Shown: positions 44,110 through 56,100, numbered from the stretch's first letter. The stretch: DNA of 64,000 nucleotides from an uncultured Planctomycetaceae bacterium (GCA_963815195.1 CAWFGE010000008.1:512001-576000); one strand, 5' to 3'. Notes: generated by a model from the letters alone, not told the origin. Made by a program: numbers and translations.

Positions 44110-45447
44110 ATGTTCCAGCGGATTTTGGTTGCCAATCGGGGCGAGATTGCCCTTCGTGTGATTCGGGCCTGTCGGGAGATGGGCATCGAGACGGTGGCGG
44201 TGTATAGCACGGCCGACCGGGGGGCTTCGTATCTCGATCTGGCGAACCAGTCCATTTGCATCGGACCGCCGGCGGCGTCCGCCAGCTATCTGGATTTCAA
44301 CAAGATCATCAGTGCCGCCGAAGTGGGCAACGTGCAGGCGATTCATCCCGGCTACGGCTTCCTCGCCGAGAACGCCGACTTCGCCGAGGTCTGCCGGGAC
44401 TGCAACATCGAGTTCATCGGGCCTCCGCATCAGGCGATGGCCCAACTGGGGGATAAAGTCAGCGCCCGGGAAATCGCCCAATCCGCCAACGTGCATCTGG
44501 TGCCGGGCAGCGACGGACTCCTCACCAGCGAAGACCAGGCTTTGAGCGTCGCCCAGAAAATCGGCTATCCCGTCTTGATCAAAGCCACCGCGGGCGGCGG
44601 TGGCAAAGGCATGCGCGTGGCCCGCAACGACATCTCCCTCAAAAACGGCATCAAAGCCGCCGCCCAGGAAGCCGAGAAAGCCTTCAAGAACGCGGGCGTG
44701 TACCTGGAAAAATACATCGAACGGCCCCGGCATGTCGAAGTGCAAATCCTCGCGGACAGCCACGGGCACGCCTTGCATCTTTGGGAACGCGATTGCTCGC
44801 TGCAGCGCAGGCATCAAAAACTCGTCGAGGAAAGCCCCGCTCCGAATCTGCCCCTCGCGGTCCGGCAGGACATCTGCAAAGCCGCCGTGAGGCTGGTCAA
44901 AGCGGCGGGCTACACGAACGCGGGCACGGTGGAGTTTCTCGTCGATCAGGAGCACCGGTTCTACTTCATCGAAGTCAACGCCCGAATTCAGGTGGAGCAC
45001 CCGGTGACGGAGGAAGTCACCGGGCTGGATTTGATCCAACAGCAAATCCGCATCGCCGCGGGCGAGAAGCTCGACCTCAAACAGCGGAGCGTTCCCTGCG
45101 AAGGCTCGTCCATCGAGGTGCGGATCAACGCCGAAGATCCCAAGAACGGCTTTCGCCCCAGCCCCGGCCGAATTACGAAGCTCCAACTGCCGGGCGGTCC
45201 CGGCGTGCGGTTCGATTCCCACGTCCATCAGGATTACGTCATCGGGCCGTATTACGATTCGCTCATCGGCAAACTCATCGTGCATCGCCCTAGCCGCGCA
45301 GCCGCGATCGCCTGCATGCGGCGGGCCCTCGACGAGTTCGTGATCGAAGGCATCCAGACCACGATCCCGCTCCTCCGCGAAATCTTCCGGCACTCGGCCT
45401 TCATCGAAGGCCACGTCGATACCACGTTCATCGAACGCACATGGTAA
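44110..45447 (+). CDS. accC: acetyl-CoA carboxylase biotin carboxylase
   Basis: [61 protein letters not shown]. Confidence 0.98.
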   Translation: MFQRILVANRGEIALRVIRACREMGIETVAVYSTADRGASYLDLANQSICIGPPAASASYLDFNKIISAAEVGNVQAIHPGYGFLAENADFAEVCRDCNIEFIGPPHQAMAQLGDKVSAREIAQSANVHLVPGSDGLLTSEDQALSVAQKIGYPVLIKATAGGGGKGMRVARNDISLKNGIKAAAQEAEKAFKNAGVYLEKYIERPRHVEVQILADSHGHALHLWERDCSLQRRHQKLVEESPAPNLPLAVRQDICKAAVRLVKAAGYTNAGTVEFLVDQEHRFYFIEVNARIQVEHPVTEEVTGLDLIQQQIRIAAGEKLDLKQRSVPCEGSSIEVRINAEDPKNGFRPSPGRITKLQLPGGPGVRFDSHVHQDYVIGPYYDSLIGKLIVHRPSRAAAIACMRRALDEFVIEGIQTTIPLLREIFRHSAFIEGHVDTTFIERTW

Positions 45448-45696
45448 TCGCGACACCCGTCTTACTTTGCGTTTGGAGGTATGCGAATAAATCTCGCAAT
45501 TCCTGGGGCTTGAGCTGCTGGCACAGGTTCTCGGGCATTCGTTACACCGTTTCGCCTATTGTGCAGGTAAGCAAGCCGTTGGACCGATCAAAACGAGGCA
45601 GGATTGAACGCATGGGCCAGTTTTGATATTAAAGAAACTGGGAATCATGTTCCTCGTTGCCCGTTTGTCGTCCAACCCTTCCCACGGAGACCGCCC

Positions 45697-47085
45697 ATGC
45701 TCTCGCTTTATGACAATCGGCCCTCTGGTCGCCGGGAGTTTTTGCGGATCGGCGGGCTGGGGTTGGGCGGGTTGTCGCTGGCGGATTTGCTCGCCGCCAA
45801 AGCGAACGCGGCGGCCGGGAACCCCGTGCGGGACAAGTCGGTCATCTTCCTGTTCATGCACGGCGGGCCGAGCCAGACGGAAACCTTCGATCCCAAAATG
45901 ACGGCCCCGTCGGGCGTGCGGAGCGCCACGGGCGAAGTAAAAACCTCGCTGCCGGGCGTGACGTTCGGCGGCACGTTCGAGAAGCTCGCGCCGTTTGCCG
46001 ACCGAATGGCGATCGTGCGGTCGTACGTCACCGGCGACGGCCGGCACGACATCAAACCCATCGTCAGCCAGGCGTCGGCGGATGCCAACTTGGGTTCCCT
46101 CTATTCCCGCATCGTCGGCCAAAACCGGCCCGGCAGCGGGATGCCCACGAACATCGCCCTCTTCCCGCAGGCCGTCGATCCGGCGGCAATGCCCGCGGTC
46201 AAGCAGTTCGGGAATTTTGAGTCGACCGGAGCCGTGGGCGGCGCGTTTGCTCCGTTTGTGCCCGGCAGCGGCGGGACGTTTCAGGAGAACATGAAACTCG
46301 CCATCCCGCTGCCCCGCCTGGACGATCGGCGATTATTGCTTTCCGAGTTGGATCGATTTCGCTCCGCCTCCGATGCCGGCGGCCTCTTGGACGGCATGGA
46401 CCACATCCGCCAGCAGGCGTTCGATACGATTTTGGGCGGCGTGGCGGATGCGTTCGACCTCACGCGGGAAGATCCCAAAACCCTCGCCCGCTACGACACC
46501 GCCCCGCTCATCCAGCCCGAACACATCTCCCAGAAGTGGAACAACTACAAACGCTACCAGGACAACGTGAAGACGCTGGGCAAGCTGCTGCTCTTGGCCC
46601 GGCGGTTGTGCGAAGCGGGCTGCGGATTTGTGACCGTGACGACGAACTTCGTGTGGGACATGCACGCCGACGCCAACAACGCCACGATGGAAGAAGGCAT
46701 GCGGTACGTGGGCCGGCCCTTCGACCACGCGGTCTCGGCGTTTTTGGAGGATGTGGAGAACCGCGGCCTCAGCGACAAGATCCTTTTGGTCTGCTCCGGC
46801 GAAATGGGCCGGACCCCCAAGATCAACAAAAGAGGCGGCCGGGACCATTGGGGCAATCTGGCCCCCTTGATGCTCGCGGGCGGTGGCCTCAACATGGGCC
46901 AAGTGATTGGACAGTCCACACGCGACGTAGCCGAACCCCTCTCGACGCCCTACCGCATCCCCGATCTCATCGCCACCATCATGCACACCCTGTTCGACTT
47001 AGGCGAACTCCGCCTGCAGCGCGGCATCCCGAACGACATCGCCCGCGCGATTACCTCGGGCGAACCGATCCCGGGGTTGGCGTGA
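45697..47085 (+). CDS. DUF1501 family protein
   Basis: RREFLRIGGLGLGGLSL, SVIFLFMHGGPSQTETFDPK, LLARRLCEAG, WDMH, GEMGRTPKIN, GRDHW. Confidence 0.93.
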   Translation: MLSLYDNRPSGRREFLRIGGLGLGGLSLADLLAAKANAAAGNPVRDKSVIFLFMHGGPSQTETFDPKMTAPSGVRSATGEVKTSLPGVTFGGTFEKLAPFADRMAIVRSYVTGDGRHDIKPIVSQASADANLGSLYSRIVGQNRPGSGMPTNIALFPQAVDPAAMPAVKQFGNFESTGAVGGAFAPFVPGSGGTFQENMKLAIPLPRLDDRRLLLSELDRFRSASDAGGLLDGMDHIRQQAFDTILGGVADAFDLTREDPKTLARYDTAPLIQPEHISQKWNNYKRYQDNVKTLGKLLLLARRLCEAGCGFVTVTTNFVWDMHADANNATMEEGMRYVGRPFDHAVSAFLEDVENRGLSDKILLVCSGEMGRTPKINKRGGRDHWGNLAPLMLAGGGLNMGQVIGQSTRDVAEPLSTPYRIPDLIATIMHTLFDLGELRLQRGIPNDIARAITSGEPIPGLA

Positions 47086-47166
47086 TATTCCCAAAGAGCA
47101 AATCGCCTCTGAACCTCTCAATTCTCGCCGCCATCCGGCCTTGGTCAAAGGCGTTTGAAGTTGGTC

Positions 47167-47304
47167 CGCCGGCAGGGTGGCTGGGGTGAAAATTCGCCAT
47201 GAACAAAGAAGCATTTTTCATGGCCCCAGCCCGATCGCCGGCAGGGTGGCTGGGGCGTGAATTCGCCATGAACAAAGAAGCATTTTTCATGGCCCCAGCC
47301 CGAT
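47167..47304. repeat. tandem duplication of a 69-bp palindromic unit
   Basis: 47167-47235 and 47236-47304 are nearly identical; each has GGCTGGGG...CCCCAGCC and GCCATGAA...TTCATGGC. Confidence 0.9.
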
Positions 47305-47435
47305 AGCCTTTTTTTGCGCTTCCTCGAAACGAGCCGGGCGATGGTGTAGCCTATCGGTGTGGGATAAAACCACGACGGCAGAATTGCTCCGTGTTCGTCG
47401 TGTCCTTGTGGTAAAAACATCGAGGAGAAACTTCC

Positions 47436-48353
47436 ATGAAACGTCGCATTTTGGTTTCGAGTTTCATCGCCGTGTGCTTCGGCGTTTCTGCGGGGACGCT
47501 GTTCGCTCAAGATTCCGCGCCGGTGGTGCCGGCGGATGCGGTCGTCAAGAAGCTGGCGGGGGGATTTCAATTCACGGAAGGGCCGGCGTGGGACCGGAAA
47601 CAGACGTTGTATTTTTCGGACATCCCCAACCAGACCATTCACACCTGGTCGGAAGAGAAAGGCGTGGGCGTCTTCAAAAAGATCGAAGGCAGCTCGAACG
47701 GGCTGTGGTTCGATAAAGCCGGCAATTTGTACGCGTGCCAACCCGCGGGACGGGCGGTGGTGCGGTTGTCGCCGAAGGGCGAAGAAACCGTGATCGCCGA
47801 CTCTTACGAAGGCAAGAAGCTGAACTCCCCGAACGATTTGTGGATGACGCCCGACGGCGGGTTGTACTTTACCGATCCGCGCTACGGGCAGATGAACGAC
47901 CTCGAACTCGACGGGTTCTATGTGTATTACGTGCCACCCGCCAAGACCGGCGGCAAGCTGCGGCGGGTTTTGTCCGATCTGAAAAAACCCAACGGCGTGG
48001 TGGGGACGGCCGACGGCAAAAAACTTTACGTGGCCGACCCCGGAGCGCAGACCACCTACGTTTACGACATTGGAGAGGACGGTTCGCTCGCGAATCGCCG
48101 CGTCGCTGCCCCGACGGGGTCCGACGGTTTGACCTTGGACGAGCGAGGCAACCTGTATGTCACGGGCAAAACCATTCGCATCTATTCCCCGGAGGCGAAG
48201 ATCGTCGGCCAAATCGAGTTGCCGGAAGCCGCAGCCAACCTGACCTTCGGCGGGGCCGACGGCAAGACGCTGTTCATTACGGCGAGAACCAGCCTTTACG
48301 CCGTCAAGCTCAACGTCCGCGGCGGAGCGGACCCCTTCGCGAAAGAGAAATAA
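47436..48353 (+). CDS. exported SMP-30/gluconolactonase family protein
   Basis: FQFTEGPAW, LYFSDIP, SNGL, LNSPNDL, YFTDP.YG, PNG, DGLTLDERGNLYV. Confidence 0.93.
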   Translation: MKRRILVSSFIAVCFGVSAGTLFAQDSAPVVPADAVVKKLAGGFQFTEGPAWDRKQTLYFSDIPNQTIHTWSEEKGVGVFKKIEGSSNGLWFDKAGNLYACQPAGRAVVRLSPKGEETVIADSYEGKKLNSPNDLWMTPDGGLYFTDPRYGQMNDLELDGFYVYYVPPAKTGGKLRRVLSDLKKPNGVVGTADGKKLYVADPGAQTTYVYDIGEDGSLANRRVAAPTGSDGLTLDERGNLYVTGKTIRIYSPEAKIVGQIELPEAAANLTFGGADGKTLFITARTSLYAVKLNVRGGADPFAKEK

Positions 48354-48357
48354 ACGG

Positions 48358-49799
48358 CTACGACTTGATCTGGTCGAATGCGGCGAGAGCTGCTTGTCGG
48401 GCCTCGGCGTGATCGACGAGCGGCAACGGGTAGTCTCGTCCGAGGGTGACGCCCGCCTTTTTTAAAACGTCCGCCGGTGCGTCCGAGGGCCGGTGGACCC
48501 AGCGGTCGGGCAGGTCAACGAGTTCGGGAACAAAGCGGCGAACGTACCGGCCTTCGGGGTCGAACTTTTCGCCCTGGGCGACCGGATTGAAAATGCGAAA
48601 GTACGGCGCGGCATCGGCCCCGCAACCGGCGGACCATTGCCAACCCATCGTGTTGTTCGCCAGGTCCGCATCGACCAGCGTGTCCCAAAACCATTTCGCC
48701 CCTTCCTTCCAGTGGAGGCGAAGATCCTTCGTCAAAAACGATGCGACGATCATCCGCACGCGATTGTGCATCCACCCCGTGGCCCACAACTGCCGCATGC
48801 CCGCATCCACAATCGGAAACCCCGTGCGGCCCTTCTGCCAGGCTTGGAGGGCTTTGGGGTCTTCCTGCCAGGGGAAGTTTTTGAACCGCGCATGTAAGGG
48901 CTCATCGCTGGTGGCGGAAAAATGAGAGAGCACATGCTGAGCAAACTCCCGCCAGCCCAGTTCCGAAAGATAGGCCCCGGCGCTCTTCCCGCCAGCGGTT
49001 CGCAGATCGCTTCCCGCGGCGTCCTGCACCATGCGCAGATTTGCCAGGGGCTGATTTCGCCAAAGTGCACATGCGGTGAAAGCTCGGAAGTGCCCCGCTC
49101 GTACGGTTCATCGCGCTTGGTCCGGTAACGGCTCAAGGCCTGATCGAGAAACCGCGCGAGCCGCTGTTTGGCTCCGGCTTCTCCCGGCGTCCAGGTCTCC
49201 CGCAGTCCGCCGGCCCAGTCGATTTCGGGTTCCAACTGAAATGCATCCAGCGCGGCGGACGAGGGCCAGGTCTTCGGAGCGGGCCAGCGCGATGGCGCCG
49301 CGAGCGGCTCGCGCGTCGCGTCGCGGCTTTGACAGTTCTTCCAAAACGGCGTAAAGACTCGGTAAGGACGGCCCTGTTTCGTGGAGATTTCCGCCGGCTC
49401 AAACAACAGGCTGCCGTTCGATGTGTGGACCTCGACACGCTCGCCGAGTTCCCGTTCCAATTTGCGGTCGCGGTTCGCGAGCGCTGGTTCGTAAAGCCGA
49501 TTCCAAAACACCCCGGCAGCGCCGGTTTCTTCGATGAGCGACTTGAGCGCCTCGCCGCTGGGACCGGCACGAAGAATCAATCGCGACTTTCTGCCATGAA
49601 GGCTTCGGCTCAAAGCCTCAAGCGATTGGTGCAACCACCAGCGACTGGCGGAACCGGGCGGCCAGCGGCCGGCTTCTTTGGGAGCAAAAATGAAAACAGG
49701 AATCACCGGCCCGCCCCGCTCCACCGCCGCCCAGAGCGCGGGGTTATCCTCCAAGCGGAGATCTCGCCGAAACCAGACAATCGCAGGTTGGGAGCACAT
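48358..49799 (-). CDS. phrB: deoxyribodipyrimidine photolyase (class I/III CPD type), one indel near 49033
   Basis: IVWFRRDLRLEDNPAL, Y.VFTPFW, TSELSPHVHFGEISP | ELGWREF, GRTGFPIVDAGMRQLWATGWMHNRVRM, GWQW.AG.G.DAAPYFRIFNP. Confidence 0.93.
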
Positions 49800-49881
49800 T
49801 GAATGACGTTTGGTGGCAGTGTTTCAGAATGAGGATCAGCGGAATTTCGTCAAAGGTGGAGGCGGATTAAAACATTCGTGT

Positions 49882-49951
49882 CCCCCTCACCCTAACCCTC
49901 TCCCCCAAGGGGAGAGGGGACAAAACAACGCCCTCCCCCAAGGGCAGAGGG
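49882..49951. repeat. palindromic repeat CCCCTCACCCTAACCCTCTCCC..GGGAGAGGG plus a partial second copy
   Basis: Hairpin ccctctcccc-caa-ggggagaggg; degenerate copy at 49931-49951. Confidence 0.7.
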
Positions 49952-49955
49952 CTTC

Positions 49956-51056
49956 TTAGGGAAGGGCCGAGGGATCGAGAACGACGTGCTTCACGCTCTG
50001 CCTCAGGTAGGTGTAGGTGATGTGGACTTTTCCGTCGGACGTTTGGATGACGGCCGGGTAGGAGAATTCGCCCTTGTCGCGTTCGAGCGTGAGAATCGGC
50101 GTCCAATCGTTGCCGTCGGACGAGACGGCCACGTTGAGCATGTTCCGCCCTGAGGGAAAACCGCCGCCGCGGGTCGTGTGGTTATAAACCAAGAGTTGCC
50201 GGCCGTCGGCAAGCGTCACCGCATCGGTGCCGGCGTTGGGGTTCGGGAGTTCGGTGCTCGTCACTTCGCTCCACGTCCGGCCGTCGTCCTCCGACCGGCT
50301 TTGGGCGATCACGCCTTCCTTGGTTCGGCAAACGATTTGCAGTTTGCCGCCGGGATATTTGAGAATGCTCGGTTGGATGGTGTTGAATTTGGACGCATCG
50401 TTGATGGGGCCGACGACCTCCCAGGTCTTTCCGCCGTCGCGCGAGCGTTCGAAGTGCGCCCGCCAGCCCTGATGCTCGGTGCTGCTGGGGCAGAGGATCG
50501 TGCCGTCGGCGAGTTGGACGGGCTTGTTTTTGACGGGGCCGATCAGGTTGGGATTGCGGCGGCCCAGTTTGGGATCGGTGCCGAGCTTTCGCGGCTTCGT
50601 CCAGGTTTTTCCATTGTCGTTCGAGCTCGTCAACATGCCCCACCATTCGCTCGGGCTCGGGCCGACTTTGTAGAACAACATCAACGGCCCTGTTTTTGGT
50701 TGGAATAGCACGGGGTTCCAACACGGATAGCGCTTTTCGGGCGATTGGACGCCGTTGGCGACTTCCACAGGCTTTGCCCAGCCGCCGGCCTCTTGGCGAG
50801 AAACCCAGATCCCCACATCGGGATTTTTTTCGTGCTTCCCGCCAAACCACGCCGCCACCAGGCCGGCGGGCGTTTCCACGATCGTCGAAGCATGGCATTG
50901 AGGGGTGGGTTTGTCATCGAGCGGAAAGATTAACTCGCCTTGGATGTAACCCTGTTTTCCCGGCTGAGCGACATCGGGGAGTTCCGCCGCAAATACGGAA
51001 TGAAAACCACCCAAGAAAAGCAAAGCCGTCGCGGCAAGCGGTCGAAGGTCGGGCAT
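49956..51056 (-). CDS. exported BNR/Asp-box sialidase-family protein
   Basis: CHASTIVE, PCWNPVLF, Asp-boxes S.DNGKTW, SRDGGKTW, SEDDGRTW, LPNPNAG, FSYPAVIQ. Confidence 0.9.
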   Translation of the reverse strand: MPDLRPLAATALLFLGGFHSVFAAELPDVAQPGKQGYIQGELIFPLDDKPTPQCHASTIVETPAGLVAAWFGGKHEKNPDVGIWVSRQEAGGWAKPVEVANGVQSPEKRYPCWNPVLFQPKTGPLMLFYKVGPSPSEWWGMLTSSNDNGKTWTKPRKLGTDPKLGRRNPNLIGPVKNKPVQLADGTILCPSSTEHQGWRAHFERSRDGGKTWEVVGPINDASKFNTIQPSILKYPGGKLQIVCRTKEGVIAQSRSEDDGRTWSEVTSTELPNPNAGTDAVTLADGRQLLVYNHTTRGGGFPSGRNMLNVAVSSDGNDWTPILTLERDKGEFSYPAVIQTSDGKVHITYTYLRQSVKHVVLDPSALP

Positions 51057-51149
51057 GATGGCATTCGTTGTCGAAGGAAGATTGGAGTGAGAAAGGCATC
51101 TTAATGCAACAAAGCTGCCGGGGACAATCCTCGGCAGCCTTGTGCGATT

Positions 51150-51213
51150 CATCAACCGGGGCGAGCGCCCTGCGGCGAATTCCATCAACCGGGGCGAGCG
51201 CCCTGCGGCTGAT
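51150..51213. repeat. tandem pair of family-B REP-like arms
   Basis: catcaaccggggcgagcgccctgcggc occurs twice with a 33-bp period. Confidence 0.85.
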
Positions 51214-51224
51214 TTTTCGCTCGA

Positions 51225-52679
51225 CTAAACGTTCTTGGGATCGGGGACTTCGAAGCCTTTGCGGTTCGTGTCCTTGAGCAGCACGTTGGCTTCTTCGGCA
51301 TGTTCGCCGATGCAGCGTTCGGTCCTGGGATCGAACGTGAGCCAGGGTCCGACGGTGTACTCGGCTTCGTTTTCGGGAACGCCGACGCCGCCCGCCATGA
51401 CTTCATGAAGCTTCATGAAGTGGTCGTGGGCGTCTTTGTTGTCGCCGAACTTGCCGGCGCTGGCGTTGAAGGGCACCTTCTTGCCGAGGCGGTAGGAGTT
51501 GTTCATCAAATGGCCCAGGACGCAGCCGTAGTGGGCGTCATAGACGTTGCCGTTGGCCATGTTGGGATCGCCCGCCCGCACCGCGGCGATGAAGGCGGCC
51601 CAGTTGCCGCCCGGCGTGACTTTGCCGTTGGGCACTTTGACGGTTTCGCCCTGTTTGCTGCCTTTGGGATAGTATTTGCCGCGAACGATTTTGCCGCCGT
51701 CTTCGAAATAGTATTCGTTTTCGACCTGGCGTTCGTAGCCTTTGTAGTTGACGTTGCGGACGTTGAAGAACACCTGCTGGCCGTTGGGATACTCGGCGAG
51801 TCCGAACATGGTGTTCGGGGTCTCGCCCTGGTCGTTCCATTGGAACCGGCCACCGATCGCCATCGCGCGGACGGGGTGGGTTTGATCTTTGTCGAGCGCC
51901 CAGCGGGCCACGTCGAGTTGGTGCGTGCCCTGGTTGTTGAGGTCGCCGTTGCCGGTCTTCCAGAACCAATGCCAGTTGTAATGCACGTAGTTGCCGTGGT
52001 AATCCTTGATGTCCGCGGGGCCGCGCCACATGTTCCAATCGAGGTTGGCGGGCGGTTCGGAGACGGGCTTAAAGCCGATGCTGCCCCGCGGCTTGCAGCA
52101 GTAGCCGTAGGAGACTTTCAGCTTCCCGAACTTCCCGTCCTGGATGGCTTCGTGGAGGCCGGCGACCTTGGCGTCGCTGCGGGTTTGGGTGCCGTGCTGA
52201 ATGACGACGCCGTATTTCTTCTGGGCTTCGACGGCGACGCGGCCTTCGCCGATGTCGTGGCTCATCGGTTTTTCGACGTAAACGTGCTTGCCGGCTTGGG
52301 CTGCCCAGATGGTGATCAGCGAATGCCAATGGTTCGGCGTGGCGACGGAGATCGCGTCGACGTTCTTGTCGTCGAGGGCCCGGCGGATGTCGTCGATGCC
52401 TTCGGTTTCGTACTTGCCTTCGGTCCGCTTGGTGACGCTGTTCATCGCGCGGCTGAGCACGTTTTTATCCACGTCGCAGAGATAAGCGAGTTCGACGTTC
52501 TCCTGGCCGAGCCAGCCGCCGATGTGGGCTCCGCCGCGGCCGTTTAAGCCTGCGACGGCGATGCGGACGCGGTCGTTGGCGCCTTTGGCCTTTCCGGAAG
52601 CGCGGGTTCCCAGAAGCAGCATGCCTCCCGCGGCGACGGAGGACGTTTGCAAGAAGTGACGGCGAGTGACTCGACTCAT
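51225..52679 (-). CDS. Tat-exported Gfo/Idh/MocA oxidoreductase
   Basis: TRRHFL Tat motif, ANDRVRIAVAGLNGRG, ATPNHWH, AGKHVYVEKP, GDLNNQGTHQLD. Confidence 0.93.
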   Translation of the reverse strand: MSRVTRRHFLQTSSVAAGGMLLLGTRASGKAKGANDRVRIAVAGLNGRGGAHIGGWLGQENVELAYLCDVDKNVLSRAMNSVTKRTEGKYETEGIDDIRRALDDKNVDAISVATPNHWHSLITIWAAQAGKHVYVEKPMSHDIGEGRVAVEAQKKYGVVIQHGTQTRSDAKVAGLHEAIQDGKFGKLKVSYGYCCKPRGSIGFKPVSEPPANLDWNMWRGPADIKDYHGNYVHYNWHWFWKTGNGDLNNQGTHQLDVARWALDKDQTHPVRAMAIGGRFQWNDQGETPNTMFGLAEYPNGQQVFFNVRNVNYKGYERQVENEYYFEDGGKIVRGKYYPKGSKQGETVKVPNGKVTPGGNWAAFIAAVRAGDPNMANGNVYDAHYGCVLGHLMNNSYRLGKKVPFNASAGKFGDNKDAHDHFMKLHEVMAGGVGVPENEAEYTVGPWLTFDPRTERCIGEHAEEANVLLKDTNRKGFEVPDPKNV

Positions 52680-53109
52680 CGCAATTTCTCCATGAAAAAG
52701 TGGAAAAGTTAGGAAAGGGGTAAAAGCTATCTTAAACAGATCGGTGGAATGATTACCACCTTGTCGGGCATTCCCGTGAAATAATCCTGGCCGGGGGACG
52801 TGCCGGAAGTCCAGAAAGTCGGCCGGATCGGGCGAGGGAGGAACGGGATCGGTCCCGCAATCGATGGGCGGAGGATGAGATTCCAGGCAGACGGCGAGCA
52901 ATGCCTATTTGTGTTACGGAGAAAAGCCGCCGAGCGTTGGATTTGTTCTGAAATTCAGTAGTTCCAAAAAAGGCTCAGGAAATTGGTTTGGTTTTCAAGA
53001 GCCGCGCACGAAGTAAGCGGTTTTCAGGGACTAGACAACGCAAGACCGCTTACTTCGTGCGCGGCTCAGGCATTTTTGGAAATACTGAAATTGGCTCGCC
53101 GGGTGCGGT

Positions 53110-56100
53110 TCACTGCGCGGCCGCGTTCGTGGCTTTTTCCGGAAGGCCCCAGAATCGGATCGTGCCGTCGCTGTGGCCGGTGATGATCCAGTGGCCGTCG
53201 GGGGAAAACGTCATGCAATACACTTTCGGATCGTCTTTCTCGATGACCAGAGTGTGCACGACTTTGTAGGACTCTGTGTCCCAGAGTTTGATGGTTTGAT
53301 CCCAACTGGCGGAAACGAGCAGGGAATCATCGACCGAAAATGCGATCGCGCGAATGTCATCGTTATGTTCGCGAAGCCGTCGCCATGTCTCCTGATTTCC
53401 TGGGAATTGACCGTCCCAATATCCGATGCCCCCCAATTGGGTTCCATAGGCCATCCGTTTTTTGGATTGTCCCCCCACGGTAATCGTTTGATGACCCACG
53501 GCCACGCACAACACGGGGCCACCTTGCCCGGTAATGTGGATGACGTTGCCGTTGCCCTTGCGTACGGCGAAGCCGAGTCGGTTGCCGATTGCGGGGGCGG
53601 CCAGAGGCGGTTCCCATCGGCAGAGTTGATTGTCCATTCCGCAAGAGAGTAAGGCTGTGTCGGTAATCCACGCCACGCCTTGGACAGACGTCTTGTGACC
53701 CGTTCCATCGGGAAGGTCACTGTCTGGTTGACCGGTTTGCGCATCCCAGATTTTGATGGAATGATCGGCCGAGGCCGAGGCGAGGTAGTCTCCATTCGGC
53801 GAGAAGGCAATATCGTTAATGGGTTTCGGCTCGGTCTTTTCTCGATTGGGCCGCTTGCCTCGGGGCGCTGCACTCTCGTGGATAACATCCCGCACCACGG
53901 TCCCGCCCGAGCGATTCCAGAATTTGATATGTCCTTTGGCGCTCGCGGTGGCGATGAGTTGGTTGTCCGGGGACATGGCCACGGCTTTGACCGCCTCGAA
54001 ATGCCCCTCCAAATCATCGAGCCGTTTCTTCCCGGTGTCGGCATCCCAAACGCGGGCTTTGTAGTCCGCTCCGCCGGAAACGAATTCCGCGCCGGATGTG
54101 CCAAACGCCAACGACCAGACGGCCCCGTCATGGGCCTTGAAGGATTTCTCTTTCAGTTCCTCGACTTGCTTCGCCGTGTCGCGGGTGATGGCATTCGGGC
54201 GGCGGAAGGGGGCCGGCTCTTCGAGCGGCGGTTGGCCCAGACCCTGGGGATTCAGCAGATCCGGTTTTTCGCCCACGCCCCAAAACTCCAGCGCCCCCCC
54301 GCCCCCGCGGAAACGAGCAGCGTCCCATCCGGCGAAAGGGCCAAATGATTTCCTTGCGTTTCTTTGGCCGGCTTGGGAATGGCCCCGGCACGTGCGGGAA
54401 GGAGGTGAAGTTTCCGGTCCCCGGTCAAGACCAGCATCGATTGACTGTCCGGCGTGAAGATCAGGTCGCTCGCCGGGGAGAGCGCGTGTTCCGAGATTTT
54501 CTGGGCGGACTCGAGATCCCAGACGATGATCTTTCCCGATTCGTAGGCCGCCGCGAGGAATTCGCCGTCGCGGGAAAACTTCAGCCGCGCTACGGCCGAA
54601 GCCTCTGCGGACAGCGACGTTTTGGAACCAGTTGTCAGACTCCAAAGCCAAATCCCGCCCGTGGGCATTCCCAGGGCCACATCATATTTCTCCGATCGGA
54701 GAGGGACCGCGGCCGCGGTGACGTTCGCAGCGGGATTGCGGCCGGCTTGGGCTTTGTCCTCTTGCCGAGTTTCCACGTTCCAGCATTGGAGCTTTCCGGT
54801 CTCCGTCAAGGTGAGGAGCGTCTTTCCGTCCGGCGAGAAATCGCACCAGGCATAGGGAGCCGGGGCCTTCGCCGCAATCGGCCCGAGATTTCCTCCCTTG
54901 GCGATGTCCCAAAGTTGAATCATCCGCCCGCCGTCCGCTGGAGCCGCCAACACGTCCCCGGTCGGCGAAACGGCCAAACCTCGGAGGTTCCATTCCTCGG
55001 CGGGTGCGACGTTGACCACATGATGGAGATCCCCCGTTCGGGATTCCCAGAACCGGAGCGCCGCGTCCCGGCCCAAGGTAACGACATATTTCCCATCGCG
55101 CGAGAAAGCCGCGGCGGTGCAAGCGGCATCGTGGGCGGGGCATTCGATCCATTTCGCAAGACCGGCGGCATTCGTCGCGGACAGCACCCGCGGAGGGCCG
55201 GCGAATTTCCAGTTCGGAACAAGTCCCGCCACATCCACCGCCGGGTTCTCCTTCTCGGACACCTCCCAGACTCGCCCCTGTCCCGAGGCATGAATCACGA
55301 CAATCTGTTTGCGGTCCGAAGTCAAACGAAACGCCACCGGCGGACCGGCATTGACGCTGCCGGAACCGAATCGGCCCGCGTTTGCAGGAGACATCCCGCC
55401 GCCTGGAAAAGGCGACATCGATTGGGGATTGACCATCCCGGCCGCCGGGGCGGTGCGCAGCCGCGCCAGGGGAAACCACGTGTTTGCATCCCAGATGCGC
55501 ACCTCATCGTCCCCGGCGGTCAATAGCAACCCGTTCGGCGCAAACTCCAACGCCTTCGTCGGGCCTTCGTGAGCCTGGAACGAGACCCGTTCCCGGCCAT
55601 CGGAGTCGTAGATGTGGACGCGCTCGTCCGGCATCCCCGCCGCGATCGTTTCGCCGTCGGCCGAGAGCGCAAAACTGGTCAATTCGACCGCGAAAAAGTC
55701 ATAACTTGTCTTCCGCTGAGGAACGGGTGCCGCGTTTGGATCCCCCAAGTCCCAGATTTCCACCGAGCCGTTCAAATGAGACGCGCAGTAACGCCCGCCG
55801 GGGCTGAGCGCCAGGTTCAGACATTCGCCCGCGATTTGAAAGGTTGCGGCTGGTTGGGAAATGTCTTGGAAATTCGTGTGCACTTCCATCTTGCCGCTTT
55901 GCCCCGTCAGAATCAGCCGGCCCGCCATCGGCGAAACCGCCAGCGCCGGGACCAACGGCGGGACAAAGTCTCTTTCCTGGAGGAGCTGCCCGTCCGCGAC
56001 GTTCCACAGCTTCAGTTTTCTTTCGGCGGGAACGAGCGTCAGCAGCGTTTTGCCGTCGGGCGAGAAGCGGGCCGCGTGATCGAAAGCGAGAGTCACGGGC

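Noticed and set aside
43909..45456. 515-aa minus-strand ORF
   Set aside because: Antisense shadow of accC, typical of high-GC codon bias; no motifs.
47167..47304. 69-bp repeat as CRISPR
   Set aside because: Units are contiguous with no spacer and are too long.
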